From the NCBI RefSeq assembly GCF_000150275.1, contig NW_002060964.1:673643-737642 (forward strand): a stretch of 64,000 bases of DNA, read 5' to 3'. The notes under the pieces were generated by a model. It saw only the letters and a program-made list of their open reading frames with translations, did no database searches and was not told the origin of the DNA. This document shows, piece after piece, positions 39,089 through 52,262 of this stretch. This DNA is from Trichoplax adhaerens. Its lineage: Eukaryota > Animalia > Placozoa. How positions within the stretch are numbered: position 1 is the stretch's first letter; the number at the start of each line of letters is the position of its first letter. A program made the position numbers and the translations under genes.

Positions 39089-42000
39089 TGTTAGTTTTCC
39101 TATTCATATGGAAATGGTTGCGAAAGTCAATAATCTTCAAGTGTTTAAGGCACTATGTCAATAATTTCATCTACTGAAAACGGAAAAGAAACTATTCCAT
39201 CGTAAAATGCATACTAAAAAGGCGTGAAAAACTGACGTTTAACCACCAACAAAATTGGTCTTAAAGTTTCGTTAATAATGTCATTCATCAACAGCAAGGA
39301 TATTGTATCATTAACTTTAGAAAGAAAATAATCAGATATCCATCCTGAATGCAGAAGAGAGCCGTATAAAATTTACATAAGTCTATGCCGCATTGCCTCA
39401 GGTCAAATAGAAGATACAAACTTTTGTTACTTATTGTATCACGTTCAGCGACGACAGACAATAGCAATAGTTAAATGTCTTGACTTCTATTCAGCTAAGA
39501 AATAACGTAAGCCGTGTCCTTGATAATAATGCTATTTTAATGGTATAGGCAAATACGAGATTTCTTTCTACCGAAAGGATTATCTTGATGAAAGTACAAC
39601 AGACTATCTTTTGATAATCCGGCTGAGTAAACGAGCAAAACATGGGCATATCCGCAATTATTTAACGTACGAGTATACGGTTAGCGATGGCAATTTTTAG
39701 CCCTATTTTTTTTAGGATCACAAAGTTAAGGAAGTGATATCAAGCTGTGTTGCAGACAGCTGCCTATAGAGATTTATCGATCTTTAGTAAGAAAAACAAC
39801 TACAGGATACATTGCACTAGTAAATCTAAACATCTATAATCCAACAAATGATTCGATTTTAGCGTGTAAATTGCAGGTGCCTAATAACGATTAAATGAAT
39901 CCAATGCTAAATTATCAGAAATAGAGAGTAATTGAAATATTTTCTTTTAGTAGACTAGAAATATATATAAAAATCATAGGGACGATGTATTTTACCACGT
40001 GCGAAAAGGTTGATAGGTTGCAGAAATATGACAAGGCTTAATCAGTAGGGCTTCTAAAATTTTTTTTTGAATTGATGTAAGAAGTGACAATTTTAATATT
40101 TAAAATAACTCCTTTTAAGCATGATTATAAAGCGGATATATCGTAGAAGATGTAGCTGCTCATCAAAATGGATAACTGTACTAAATATACCGTAATGATC
40201 ATCTATTCTGCATAAATTCATCAATAGCAGTATTGATAAAATGATGGATAAAAACTCGATTTGATTTGATTTGCTCCATTGGCGTAAAGGTGATCCAAAC
40301 TTACCAAAGATTAGTGCTTTAGTTAGAAAGCTCACCAATGACTTGTATTGATAATTGCTTACAATTTCGTTTTCGCTTGGATCACTAGCTAGACCAGGAT
40401 AAACCTGCTAGAACTCTATCGATTCCCGATAAATATGAGATTAGCAAGTCCTTACCACTAACAGCCGCCTTGACGATCCAGTAAAAGTTAAGATGAGCTA
40501 TGAAACTGATTAAAATAGGCTGCAGCCTTATATCGTTATGGTTAATAAATGCAATGAAGAGGATGCACGTATATTACAGAATAATATGACTCATTGCATT
40601 GTCACAGTGGTTATTAGCGTTATTATATTACAATATCGTTGAGGGAATACGTCAATCACGTGTATCAAATCACAACATAATGAATAGGAGCTTCATACCA
40701 CTAACCGCTAAGCTATATTCTATTTCTACCAATCATTTAGCATAGCAGACAATGCTTAGCTTACTTGTCGCAATTTTCAACATAGCTACGAGTTCAATGT
40801 TATTATCAACAATGATGAGTAGCATTAATTAATAGTACAACCTGCGAGTGTCTGGACTACAGGTCTAATTTTTTAAAGATTTTTACGGTATACGATATTT
40901 TAAGATACAGTAATATCGTCGGATATAATACAGTAGGCAAAAATTAATTATGTAATTTTGATTAAATTCAAACAACAATGTTTATTTAATCTTGCTGCAA
41001 AGAGTAACCATCCAATGCCGAATTTCTAAACAAGTTAAACTCTAGTGAATGTACAATGTTACCATTATTATGTGTTCCTTTCACAATGTAGTACGGTGAA
41101 TTAATATATTTCGCTTACGATCGCAATTAAGTTAAGCCTTTATTGATCTATTTTGTCTATCGGATCGACTAACTAGTGCTTCATTTATAAATTATGGTGC
41201 AATTGATAAATTAAATTTATAAACGTTTCACAAATAACCGTAAACGCGAATAACATATTGCAAGCTATAATGAATTATACATGCAATCATGCTAATTATA
41301 AGGAAAGCGTCAACTTGGAAACCACAAGGTTACAGAACAAACCGACGATACCAGTTCATGGTCTTCATTCCCAGTGATACTTTTATTATCGTTACTTTGA
41401 CATGAGTAACGATAACCACGTTGATAATTGAACCGCATAACGTCACAATCACCCAGTAGGTTAATCTTTTAATTATGTCTGCTTTATTAGCTATACAACA
41501 ATAAAACTATTGATCTCAAATGTAAATACGTGTCTGGTCTACGAGATCCAAGACCTCATGTAATACGAGCGCAGCAATGCCAGCAATGCACGTAAAAATT
41601 CAAAGTATTCTTGTAGACCTTAGAGCTCTTAATTTCATGTAGGTAAACCATCAATACCTTGCTCGTACAACAGTGCAGTATCATAAATTACAAAGAAATC
41701 ATACCAAATCTATGCCATCGATAGGAAATAAAGCACGACGTCGCCAGATGATAAAGCTCGTCGAAATTGAAACCGCTAGTCAAATTTATAACTTTAAAGA
41801 ACTTACTATATAAACGTAATCTGTATCCTATGTCATTGATGCTCCAGTTAACGGTATTATATGGTAATAACAATTAGGTAAATAGTAAAACGTAGTATAC
41901 ATTAACATGTCGCTAAAAAAAATTACAATTATAAACACATCAGAAAATATGCCAGTAAAAGTCATTTCAGGAAAATCTTCAATATATTCGTACGCCAACC

Positions 42001-42588
42001 CTGACACTAGCTTAGTTCAATGTGTTGGCTGCGGTAAGATATTAAAGAATTACAATAAAATTTGTTTAAGATCATTCAAATTATTAAAGGGGAGTGAGAT
42101 AATCCCATTATGAAGATTTACGTACTACAAGAATCGCAGTACTAGTACCATGCATAGCGACCAGTCTCACAATTTTAAAAATATCTAAACTAAAGCGACG
42201 ACTACAAAATTTAGAACCTATCTCTTGTAACGATTTTGTTCAAGAAATCGAATAAAATCTACTTCTTAAGCAAGAAATGTACGCTAACTTGACAAATTAT
42301 ATCAAGTGAGCAGCTACAATAAGCAAGTATTAAGGTGTAGTTATTATATTGTTACAGCATCAACCAGGAACTTACATATATTTTCTATGTCTTATCATTG
42401 TACTCGTAATCGCATTCAATATAATAAAAATTAGCAATCATTTCACGACGTCGCGAAAGTAAAGATGTCAAATTTTTTAAAATTATAATCTAGAGGAGTG
42501 TCATGATCTCCGAGTAGACCCAACTTTAACAAGATATTCCGCAAAAGTAACGGTATTTTATAGAAGTTTACAGGGAATATCACTATAA

Positions 42589-44973
42589 TTATTGTAATAA
42601 TTCATTCGCTTCCAACATTTCTAACAATAGGTTGTACATTGGTACCTCTCCTGCGACTTTGATACTAAAAAGTTTTTCTATTCCCCTAGAGCTAATTGCC
42701 TTTAATTCTGGTAAAGTCATTAATAATTGAGCAAATCGCAAAGGTTGTTCGGGGTAATTCAACAATGTATACCGCTGAAGTGCCAGATATAAAGTCCCTT
42801 GAACCGACTCTACACGACTGACATCGGTTAGATTTCTTGAATCTAGTTAAATTATCCACATAAGATTAATACACTTTTCATGGTATTCTGTAAATTTACT
42901 TCCGGGTATAATACACAATTTACTTAATGATTTCCGAACAGAAACTCGGTATAAAGTTCAACTTACCGGAGTTAACTAGCGCAATCGCTTTTAAGCAAGC
43001 AAATTCTTGCTTATCCATACTAATGCTTCTATACTTAGTGACCAATTCAAAAGCGTGCCTATTTATTTCGTCTAACCCAGCCGCACGAGATTGCTTATGT
43101 CCCATAACCATATCACATGCGTAAACAAGCTGATTGAGAAGTTAAAAATACGCATCAACGTTCTTTTCCTTCGTAAGTAAAACTACAAGATATTTGTACT
43201 ATATTTGCAATATATGAATGACTAACTTTGTTATCATATGGCATCGAACGGAACGCTAGATCAATCATAAATACTTCAAGCCAGGATGCTTGCAATAATA
43301 CTACTTGATCGTTCAAACAAAGACTGGTATACCCAGGAATTCTTTTCGCCCAATCAATTACCATAACTAACTCTCTTTCTACCATTTCACAGATTATAGT
43401 TATAGTTCGTATGCCAGAGTCTTCGGCTTCTGGATCTGGACAAGCAGGTAGCATAGGCGGTTCAGCTTCCAGTAACTTCTTGATAACATCATTTACGATT
43501 ATCTGTTTCCCATCACGCTACAGGAAAAATTACATTTATATTTCTTATCAATTGAAAATTTTCAACGGCCTTTGCATCTTGTATGTATTTAAGATGCCAT
43601 AGAATTATCTAATAGTACTATAGGAATGCCCGCTGCACTAATTAGCATTTACAGTTTTAACAAAGTTTTTAAAAAACTGATGTATTATACTGTATTTGTT
43701 GATAGTATGAAATAGTCATTGTGAAACTTTACCTTTTGGTCGATAACGTATTTTTCTCCACTACCAATAAATTCCTTTAAAATTTTAATATCGTAACCTT
43801 TGTCAGGAGATGGAGTGGAAGGTAGTCTAGTACAATTTACATCGATGTACTTGTCTTCATTAATTTTTAAAGACTGAATGGAATTATCCTCAGCTTTATC
43901 GGTATCAGCTTGAGAGAAACTGGAAGCTGTAGATGAACTAATGAAACTGTCGGGACTGGTGACACTTTTACATTGCCCTACTGAAGCAGGTTTTTCGTAC
44001 TTAACTCTACCACCAGGATTTCGATTTTTTCTAACACCTAATAAATAAATAAATTTATAATAGTACTCAATTTATACCGTCAAAATTATGCAATAAGCCG
44101 GGCGAACAAAAACGTTGTTCAATGATAACCAATGGAGATAACGACGTTATATTACATCCCATTTTACTGATAAAAAACTGACAGAGTATCGAAATATTAG
44201 TATTTATAGTATCTGTATGCTACATCCGGCATGCTTTTATGTGTAGGACTACAAAGTGTCCTGGTTACCTTCTCTGATCATCCCCACATCGAAACATTTT
44301 TGGAGTCGACATGCTTGGCAACATTTTCTACGTTGTTTATCAACTTTACATCGACTTCCAGAAGGACAAGTATAAGCAACGGAAGATTGAATGCTACGTT
44401 TAAAGAAAGCTTTACAGCCTTCGCAAGACAGTACACCATAATGCAGACCCTAACATGAATAAAGGAAATAGTTGTAGAGGTTAAGTAAAGATGTTACACC
44501 TTCAAAGCGTAAAGCCTTTACGATATTTAATGCCTTCTGCTAGTTCTCTTTTAATATATTATGCATACCGAGGCACGATCACCACAGACTAGACAAGCTT
44601 GATTTTGGCTGAAAGTACCATGTTCAAGATTGGGGACGGATTTTTCGGACGGCACTATAACAGCAGGGACTACAGGGATAGAGATTTTACTAGCGTCATA
44701 AGATTGATTTTTTGGACGAAGCATTCCACAAAGGGAAGCTGGCGTGGGAGCCGTATATATTGGTAGTCCTGCAAGCGGTAACGGCTGTATTCTATCGACA
44801 CTGTTATGCAACGATGTTATGTTATCATTCTTCGAGTCCGAGGAAGTGGTGGTACCAGAATCGACTCCCTTATCCAGCCGGCTGGAAGCAGTAGAAGTAA
44901 ATACCAATTGATCACTGGCGCTTGTGACCGGTTCAATTGGAGTACCAGAATGACTCGCAAAAGTACTTGTCAT
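42589..44973 (-). CDS. ERR: NR3-class nuclear receptor, estrogen-related-receptor-like (6 coding exons)
   Basis: C4 zinc fingers CLVCGDRAS|[21 protein letters not shown]...CPSGSRC...[14 protein letters not shown] (exons ~44973-44569 and ~44449-44269). Hinge exon ~44037-43733. LBD with [30 protein letters not shown] and [13 protein letters not shown]|D. Last exon 42842-42589 ends [18 protein letters not shown]. Confidence 0.95.
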
Positions 44974-45929
44974 GATATGTTCTATTTAAATTAATTATTA
45001 TTTTACTTTATACAGTTGAGCTTTCAATTAGCGTTTCACAGAGTTCTGCTCGTAAAAACCAACCTCTACACCCCAGTTTCATAGCATTAATCCCAAAACA
45101 TAGTTGACACTCTGAGCTACAGCAGAAAGACAAAGTAAGAGTTAATTCAACGGCAACTATATATCTATGATTTAACAACATTATACGAGTAGAAAATGAG
45201 TAACTCATTAAAAAGTTGAGTATCGCTTGGATTGATCATGTAACAAGCACACCTATACACGTATTAAGTAGACCATGTCAACGTCATGATAGTATCGCGG
45301 AAAGTAATTACGCGATTGTGCTATTCTATAATAGTCTCTGTTGGGTATGACTTTGGGATCAATATGGATATCTGACTGCTACACTATTAAATGATTTTTG
45401 ACTCTTTTTACTGTCGATTTAGATTGTATCTAAGAGTTCTGTGTTAAATGGGCTTCTCATCCCTGTTTTTCAAATTAAAATTTTGGAGAGATATATTGCC
45501 AATCTACTGTAGTTTAATACAACGCGAATATTAGCAGATATTGCTTCTGAGAGCAATTTTCAAATCATGCACTGGTTAGAGCAGTTTGTGCAATTTACTG
45601 TAAAAGTGAAGAGATTCAGATCAGATTCTGGAACGTTATAGCTAGACAAGTTAAGTTCAAATTGAGTTCATCTGATGTTTGTATCCATGGGCACATGATG
45701 TATTTATCTCTTGAAGAAAATTTTCCATGGCAAATCTGCCAGATCCTGCAAAACAAAACGATGCAATGACAAATTGTCTAATTTTATTATCTTCCCTTCT
45801 TATTCTAATTATTTATTGATGACATTTGCGCAGTATAACAGACTGCAGAAACAAACTAACTGAGCTGTAGGTAAGGCAGAGGTACTGGAGTCAAATAATG
45901 CCAATAAAATAAAATAATTCATGACGGTA

Positions 45930-47780
45930 ATTCCTGTACACAGGACAGTGTACAGTCGAGCTATACCGTACCGTACTGTACTGTATGTACTGTACACTGT
46001 GGCAAGTGGCGGTTGAGAGTGTGGGTGATACGCTGACCTCTAATAGTAAACTACTGTCCGTACTAGTGGTTAGTGCTATACTGTACTCTCCATCCACAAC
46101 ATGGCTCCCGAATTCTGGCTTTTACAAGAAGAACTGTCAAGAAAGTTTTCATTTTCCCGTTCGTACTCATTCTGCAACTTTTATTACGGTATAATGTATT
46201 TTTGTTAGCAAAAGTAGAGTAGGAAATGATTGATTGGGCCCGTTTTTCCCTTCCAATACTGGTGTACTGTACTGTACTTTACCATCATTACCATAGTGCA
46301 ATGCCGCATTGCACAGTGGTCATCAAAATAAATAAAAGCCAAATCTTCGCTACATGGTAACTAGCAATTTCCTACACGGGTACCAACAATATATACTCTC
46401 CATGACAAAGGTACTGTATACAGTGATGTGTGTATATTGACATATATATATACGATTGTAGAATGACGCACAGTATTGGGTAGGGAAAATGTCGCTGCTA
46501 AAAAAAGGATGACGAAGATTTCACTAAACTAGTTTAACAACTGTCGTTAAATAAGTAACTTGGATCAAATAAGTGTAGATAGCTATGGATACCGATCATG
46601 GGAAGCTGCTGTAAACCAGGCTATCTACTAAAAAAAGGCCTATGCTCCATTTGTAGTTTATAGCTGAGATTTCCGATGCTATGTAATATACCGCGAAATT
46701 TGACGACGGTTTATCGAGTCATTACGTCTAAAAATTCGATAGCATGAGCTTGTACCTAAAGTGAATTAATTAACCTTTACAAACTCGTCCATCCTATGAC
46801 ATTAAGATACAAACTATGATATCAACCGCGTCCTATTTCAGATTTATAAAGTGCAATCGGGCAGTCTCGTCCTATGTTAGCTGACGATCAGTCCATGATT
46901 ATCTACCGGTCGACTGACTACCGTACGTATTACGTACAGTACAGTGTACTGTATGTTGTAGTGTGCAGTACAGTACAGTACTGTACAGTATAAGACCCTG
47001 AGAGTACAGTACATACAGTACTGCATTCACTGTAGGGTTGACGACCTTCAACATTGTGAGCCAACATACGAGTGCTTTACAAAATGGGGTTAACCCGTAC
47101 TTTTCGATTCAACGATAGGCTTCTGTTGAAAGTTTGAAACTTTGATACAATTAGGGAGTAGCCCATTCTATATACAATACATAGATTCAATAGCATGTTC
47201 TCTCTATTCTTGAACTTGAAACTGGCAAAATTGAAATTCATTGATGCTTAGCGCAAACTGCACAGCAATGGAGCTACAGTCTGTACATCATGATGCAAGA
47301 ATGACTATCGATTATGTTAACTTTACAGCAATAGGAAAGCCAGCTTCATCACGTACAGTGAGCGACTACAGATAGTACACAAATTTAGAATAAATTCAAC
47401 ATTCTATTCATATATGACTTACTTGATGTCAGCAACGGTAAAAGTCGGCGATATCCGCTTCTTTATTTATCAGACATAATAGTAGTGCCGCGGCAACGGG
47501 GATGAGAAGAGGCCGTACTTAAGGAAACCTCGGGCTGCTCGTTTTCCTGAAAAATGCTCTTGGGTTCCAACACTACTTTACATTGTAAAGCGATATTCCT
47601 ACAGCAGCGATGTAGCGTCTTCATTCCGTGCAGAACCGTACAGTACAGAGTACTGTACACTGCGCACTGTACTGCACCCGTGTAGAAAGGGGTACAGTAC
47701 AAGATCATGGGTTTGACTAGAAATTTCTGGACTGAAAAATGTCTCTTATTACAGTACAGTACATGTACTGTACTGTAATG
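45930..47780. promoter_or_regulatory. Upstream region of the NR3 gene with (TACAG/CTGTA)n tracts and probable non-coding 5' exons
   Basis: Tracts at ~45935-46000, 46255-46280, 46920-47030 and 47635-47780. Minus-strand donor CATCAA|GTAAGT at 47423/47422; minus-strand acceptors TTTTGTTTTGCAG| at 45745 and AAATAG| just 5' of the ATG. Confidence 0.5.
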
Positions 47781-47849
47781 GACAGACTTGTCGAAAGGTA
47801 AACTGGACTATCGGTACCGGTGTCATGGACTGCATCGGCCCATCATATT

Positions 47850-47926
47850 GTACATACGAGGGATTGCAACCCGTGCGAAATTTGTTACCAGAGTATGGAA
47901 ACCCGGGTGCAATCCCTAGTACGGAC
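47850..47926. mobile_element. 61-bp hAT-like MITE remnant with probable 8-bp target-site duplication
   Basis: TIRs GAGGGATTGCAACCCG (47858) and CGGGTGCAATCCCTA (ending 47918). Flanks GTACATAC (47850-57) and GTACGGAC (47919-26) match at 6/8. Confidence 0.55.
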
Positions 47927-49208
47927 GCATGAACGCCACCATGTAGTGCATGAACGCGTTGTATAGTTAAGGTTAAGGAAGCTTATGGCCGAACACGTAA
48001 TAAGACTCGAAAAAGAGAGACTAGTCAACACAACCTGAACAAATACAGTATGCTACATGAGCTACACCTAGCTACTCTAAATCAGGAAACGAAGTCGGAG
48101 AAAATGATGATCACAATGATTGTAGTACAATGCATATACATATCGTATCCTGTAGCCTGCAAGTATGGGTGTAGTAATTTCCTATCCAATATAGGCTCAA
48201 TTTGAACGAATAGCTAGCTGATCAACCGCCAATTAGCTCAAAATGCTTGTAGGAATTCGAATACTGTCTTAATACAAGGGTATTTTAGAAAATGGATTAA
48301 CTTGTGGATAAGAAGGCATGTACACTTGTTCAGCACAGTATAGGGTTAAAATAACGGTCATAAAAAAATGAGTCCGCATAGGTATACTGAAGAAGGCAAG
48401 ATAAGAAAGAAGGCCAATAATAACCAGCTTATCGACTATATCCATAAACTCCAATTATACTCGTACGAATAACGTATTCAATCGTTCAAAGCACTGTACC
48501 TAAAGTGCGTATGGCTAATCACAACCTAAATCAGTTTGCGTCTCTAAAATTGAAGGCGTAATGAATGCAAACGTAATGTCACGGTATCTTGTTGCTCTAA
48601 AATGCCGAAAATTACATTATTGGTAATGGAACAGAAAGAAATAGTAAACAGATAAACGAAATCAAGATATTAATTGAAATGTTGGTCGGGGTGGTACACA
48701 TAGAACGAATATTATACAATAAAAAACGAATACACTGCAAGTTCGGCTGTGCCATTAGAATACGCGTATCTTGAGTAAAGCTGTACCGCGCAGTACACAC
48801 AGACTAGTCGTTAGGAGCTAGCATTGCAGGGCTTAGCCGTAAACCTGTTTCCGTTTAAGACGAAGGCTATGAATAAAATTTGTATCAAAACATCGTTTAC
48901 GTATTAATTCAAATAGAGCAGTTATCTGCTATCATTTAATATAGTCCATCAGATGCAATCTTTTATAAAGGCTATGCTTATGCAGTAGAATGAATAGCAT
49001 GGATAACATAGTTTTTATACATTAATTATATATTTAGCTATTCACTGTAATTCGGTCAATCTACTTGTATACGAGTATATTCGCTCCTTTAAAGCAAGAT
49101 AAAATAAAAATGCTTATTCTTTTAGCAAAATTGGATAACATTTCATTCACACTTTCATCAACAACCGGTAATATTAGCCCAATTGATAATAGTAGAATAG
49201 GATAAGGC

Positions 49209-50395
49209 TTAGTCTTGAAGTAATTTAAAATAACAATAAATGACATTTTCGCCTTTAGCTTCAGGTTTACTCATATGGATCTTACGTGTAGGATTACTTT
49301 CTAGTAATGCTTCATGCATGCTATGAATTAAAGCTGCTGCTTTTTCGTAATTGAATTTATATAGAATGACCAATTTAATCCTGTAATTGCGATCCAAGTA
49401 CTTATCAATCTGATTAATCCTATAGCGTAAATCATGCTGACTAATGTTGTGTTTAATACGATATTCTTTTTCCATGATTTCTATTTTTGACCTTTCCTTT
49501 CGCTTGTTCTTATCAAGATATAGTTGTTTGCCGGATATTAATCTAAGAAATAGAAATAAATTCACTTTGTTCAAATTGATACCTTTATTGTCATGTACTG
49601 TTCACCGTAGCTATTGTGAAAATTCACTCATAAGGTATAGTATCAGAAAATAGCTCTAGGGTTCAATCCCATTTCGCAACGTTACAATACAAATGATGAC
49701 AATTTTCTCTTGAAGAAGTCACTATATAATCTTTACCTACAAACTGGAAATGGCTTAGCCTGTGGAGAAACTTCTACCAACTTGAAGCCTTTGCTCTCCG
49801 CTATGGACAACGCATGGCTCTTTTCTTTTTGGCCTAAATTGACTCCATTTTCGTCGATTAAGAGTACTGTCATGGCTTTTATTTGATCATCCTTTCGGTA
49901 AAGTTTTTGACGATAACAAGAAGAAGAGGTCATTAATGGTGATTTATATTGCAAAACATTGCCAAGGGGCAGATTTGGTTCTTTACCACAAAGTCTGTTC
50001 GTTAAGATTGCCCTAAGGAAGATACATCGATATATATATAGATCTTAATCATTATCTTACAATAAGTATACGCTACATAGAATGAATACAATAAGGTAAA
50101 GTTTCCATGGTACACTTATTTGAAGTCCATCGTTACTTTTCCACGACTACAATTGCAATCCAATCAATTTATTCCCTACTTTAACATGCAATTGTATCGA
50201 TGCCATAAACTAAAGTAGAGATTGATATAAACCTAACTAGTCCAATTGCTCGTTGCTGAATTCAGTAACGGTCAATAGGTGTATTATGACTTTTAAGCTA
50301 TTGGCGGTTCTTTATAAGCAAAACGAATTGTTGCTGATAGCCGCTACACACCTCCATAGGATGGAATTTTTCGCAAGCGATTGCCTGACTAGCAT
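49209..50395 (-). CDS. MTIF3: Mitochondrial translation initiation factor IF-3 (3 coding exons)
   Basis: Exons: 50395-50352 (MLVRQSLAKNSILWR, basic transit-peptide-like), 50012-49737 (IF3-N: DDQIKAMTVLLIDENGVNLG..ALSIAESKGFKLVEVSPQAKPFPVCR), 49542-49209 (IF3-C: KEYRIKHNISQHDLRYRINQIDKYL). Phases are compatible. Confidence 0.88.
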
Positions 50396-51249
50396 ACTCC
50401 AGGATAAATAATTGACGACTATGGACACTTGCAAGTCATATCGGAAAATAATCAATTTTCAAGCAAGCGATAAGTTACCTACAGATAAATAGAGAATTTG
50501 ATTATTTGTCGTTGATTGCAATGTGCCTCGTGCAAGAGTCATTCATGAAAGTACTCATAAACCCATGGTGAGACTGTCAGAACATAGCCGTAAGTTGCAC
50601 GTTTATGCTATTTGAGGTGTTGAATCGATCCTCAATTCGCCAGTTGTATCGTATTGACCACTAGAGTAGTTGAGTTTTGCATACGCGTATTTTAATACGG
50701 CTGTGCACAGTTTGCAAGTTGTTACTATTGCGCACGTACTACACAATATTGAAGTTGATGACTGTACTTAGGCTGTAGCTCATGCATGCATTTTCAATGC
50801 AGTGATGGAGAAATTTCAATTTGTACAATTTGCATACTGAATTTCAATAGTTATGTATGCACAGCTATTGGAGTGGGTTTGTAGACGTATTAACGCACCT
50901 CTAGTACAGTACTGCTTGTATCAGGCAAGATGAAGTCTTGATTTCAGTTCAGTATACCAGTAGCAACGATTATACACTGCCTATAAAGTACTGAGGTAGT
51001 TTTATGAATCAACATTAAACATTCATGGCAAGATAATCGCTTTGATGCATGAATCAACCAATTGCAGTCGATTTAGCAGTCTTACCTACGTGGTACTTCA
51101 ACTGGCTAGCTGAATCAAGTTTGAAAGTCAGCAAGACTCTAGCTGAGGACTTGAGTAAAATTTTTGAACGCCGAGTATTCTGCTTTCTCTCTTTTCTCTC
51201 GGTTCTCTAGGCCGAATGTGGAAAGAGTAGAAAACGTTTGGTTCCGCTT

Positions 51250-52100
51250 CCAGGATTTACAGTACTGTAGTGAACCGTCTATTGTACTGTACTTTACAAT
51301 ACATTGTACTGTAAAGTGTACATTACAGTCCATTGTACTGTATCGCCTACAGTACAGTACTGTGCACTGTACAGTATGTACTGTACAGTACAGTATTCTA
51401 ATAACTAATGATCGGTGATCGGATCAGTTATTTTCAATCTACTTTACTGTACTATTCGTATACTGTACAGTAAGTGAAGCATACTCGTATTTTCAATCCA
51501 ATTTGTTCCTCAATACCAATACTGTTATAGATGAAATATTGTAGGTACAGTACAACGTCGGGAGTCCTGAATTCTTCAGTATAGTACCAGTATTTTGCAT
51601 ACTGTACTATGCAGAATGAAGGCAATGCACGGTACAGTGTACAGTATCATGTTCCGTAGTTTGCCCACTTTTGCGGAATGAAAGAAATACGCAGGTGCAT
51701 TCCGCTAGGAGCTGCAGTGCGCATCCGCGTTCCGTTCCGTTCCATTCCGTAGTTTACTCGGCACCGTACTGTATGTACTGTACAGTACTGGTACTGTACT
51801 GTACTGTAGGTCTACACTACAAACTTCGTACAGTACAGTACAGTACTGTACTGTACAGTAAACTGTAGTACTGTACACTGTACTGTAATGTAACAAAGAA
51901 ATTGATTAGGGTTCCAATTATTATTGTTCTCTTGGTCTTGACTACTGTACAGTGTACAGTACTAACGTACTGGAGTGAGCGTACGTACTGTACACTGTAC
52001 ACAGATCGTCACGTCTATTCTCTTGGACTTAGTACGGCCAAGCAGTCACTGTCAACTCCGACGCCATACTGTGCACTAGTGTACAGTATGGGCGCTCAGG
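51250..52100. promoter_or_regulatory. Probable bidirectional promoter between MTIF3 and SSR2, packed with (TACAG/CTGTA)n tracts
   Basis: The genes are divergent. A minus-strand donor TAG|GTAAGA at ~51085 and an acceptor at ~50478 imply a non-coding first exon of MTIF3 near 51.1-51.25 kb. Dense ACTGT/ACAGT units occur in both orientations. Confidence 0.6.
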
Positions 52101-52262
52101 ATTGTATGCGCACCCGATGGCGTGCTGTCCCAACTTGTCCTTTTCCTTCCTCAAACTGCCTACCTGGCTTACATTACTCTGTCGCTGACGAGTACGCCCG
52201 CGTGCTTGACAAATTGATTGAGAAAGATTTTCAATCATCGATTGTGACTCGTCGGAGAAGCA

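Noticed and set aside
47022-47050. AGGGTTgacGACCTT as an autoregulatory ERE; other TGACCT half-sites
   Set aside because: Multiple mismatches to AGGTCAnnnTGACCT, and no perfect TCAAGGTCA was seen near the gene.
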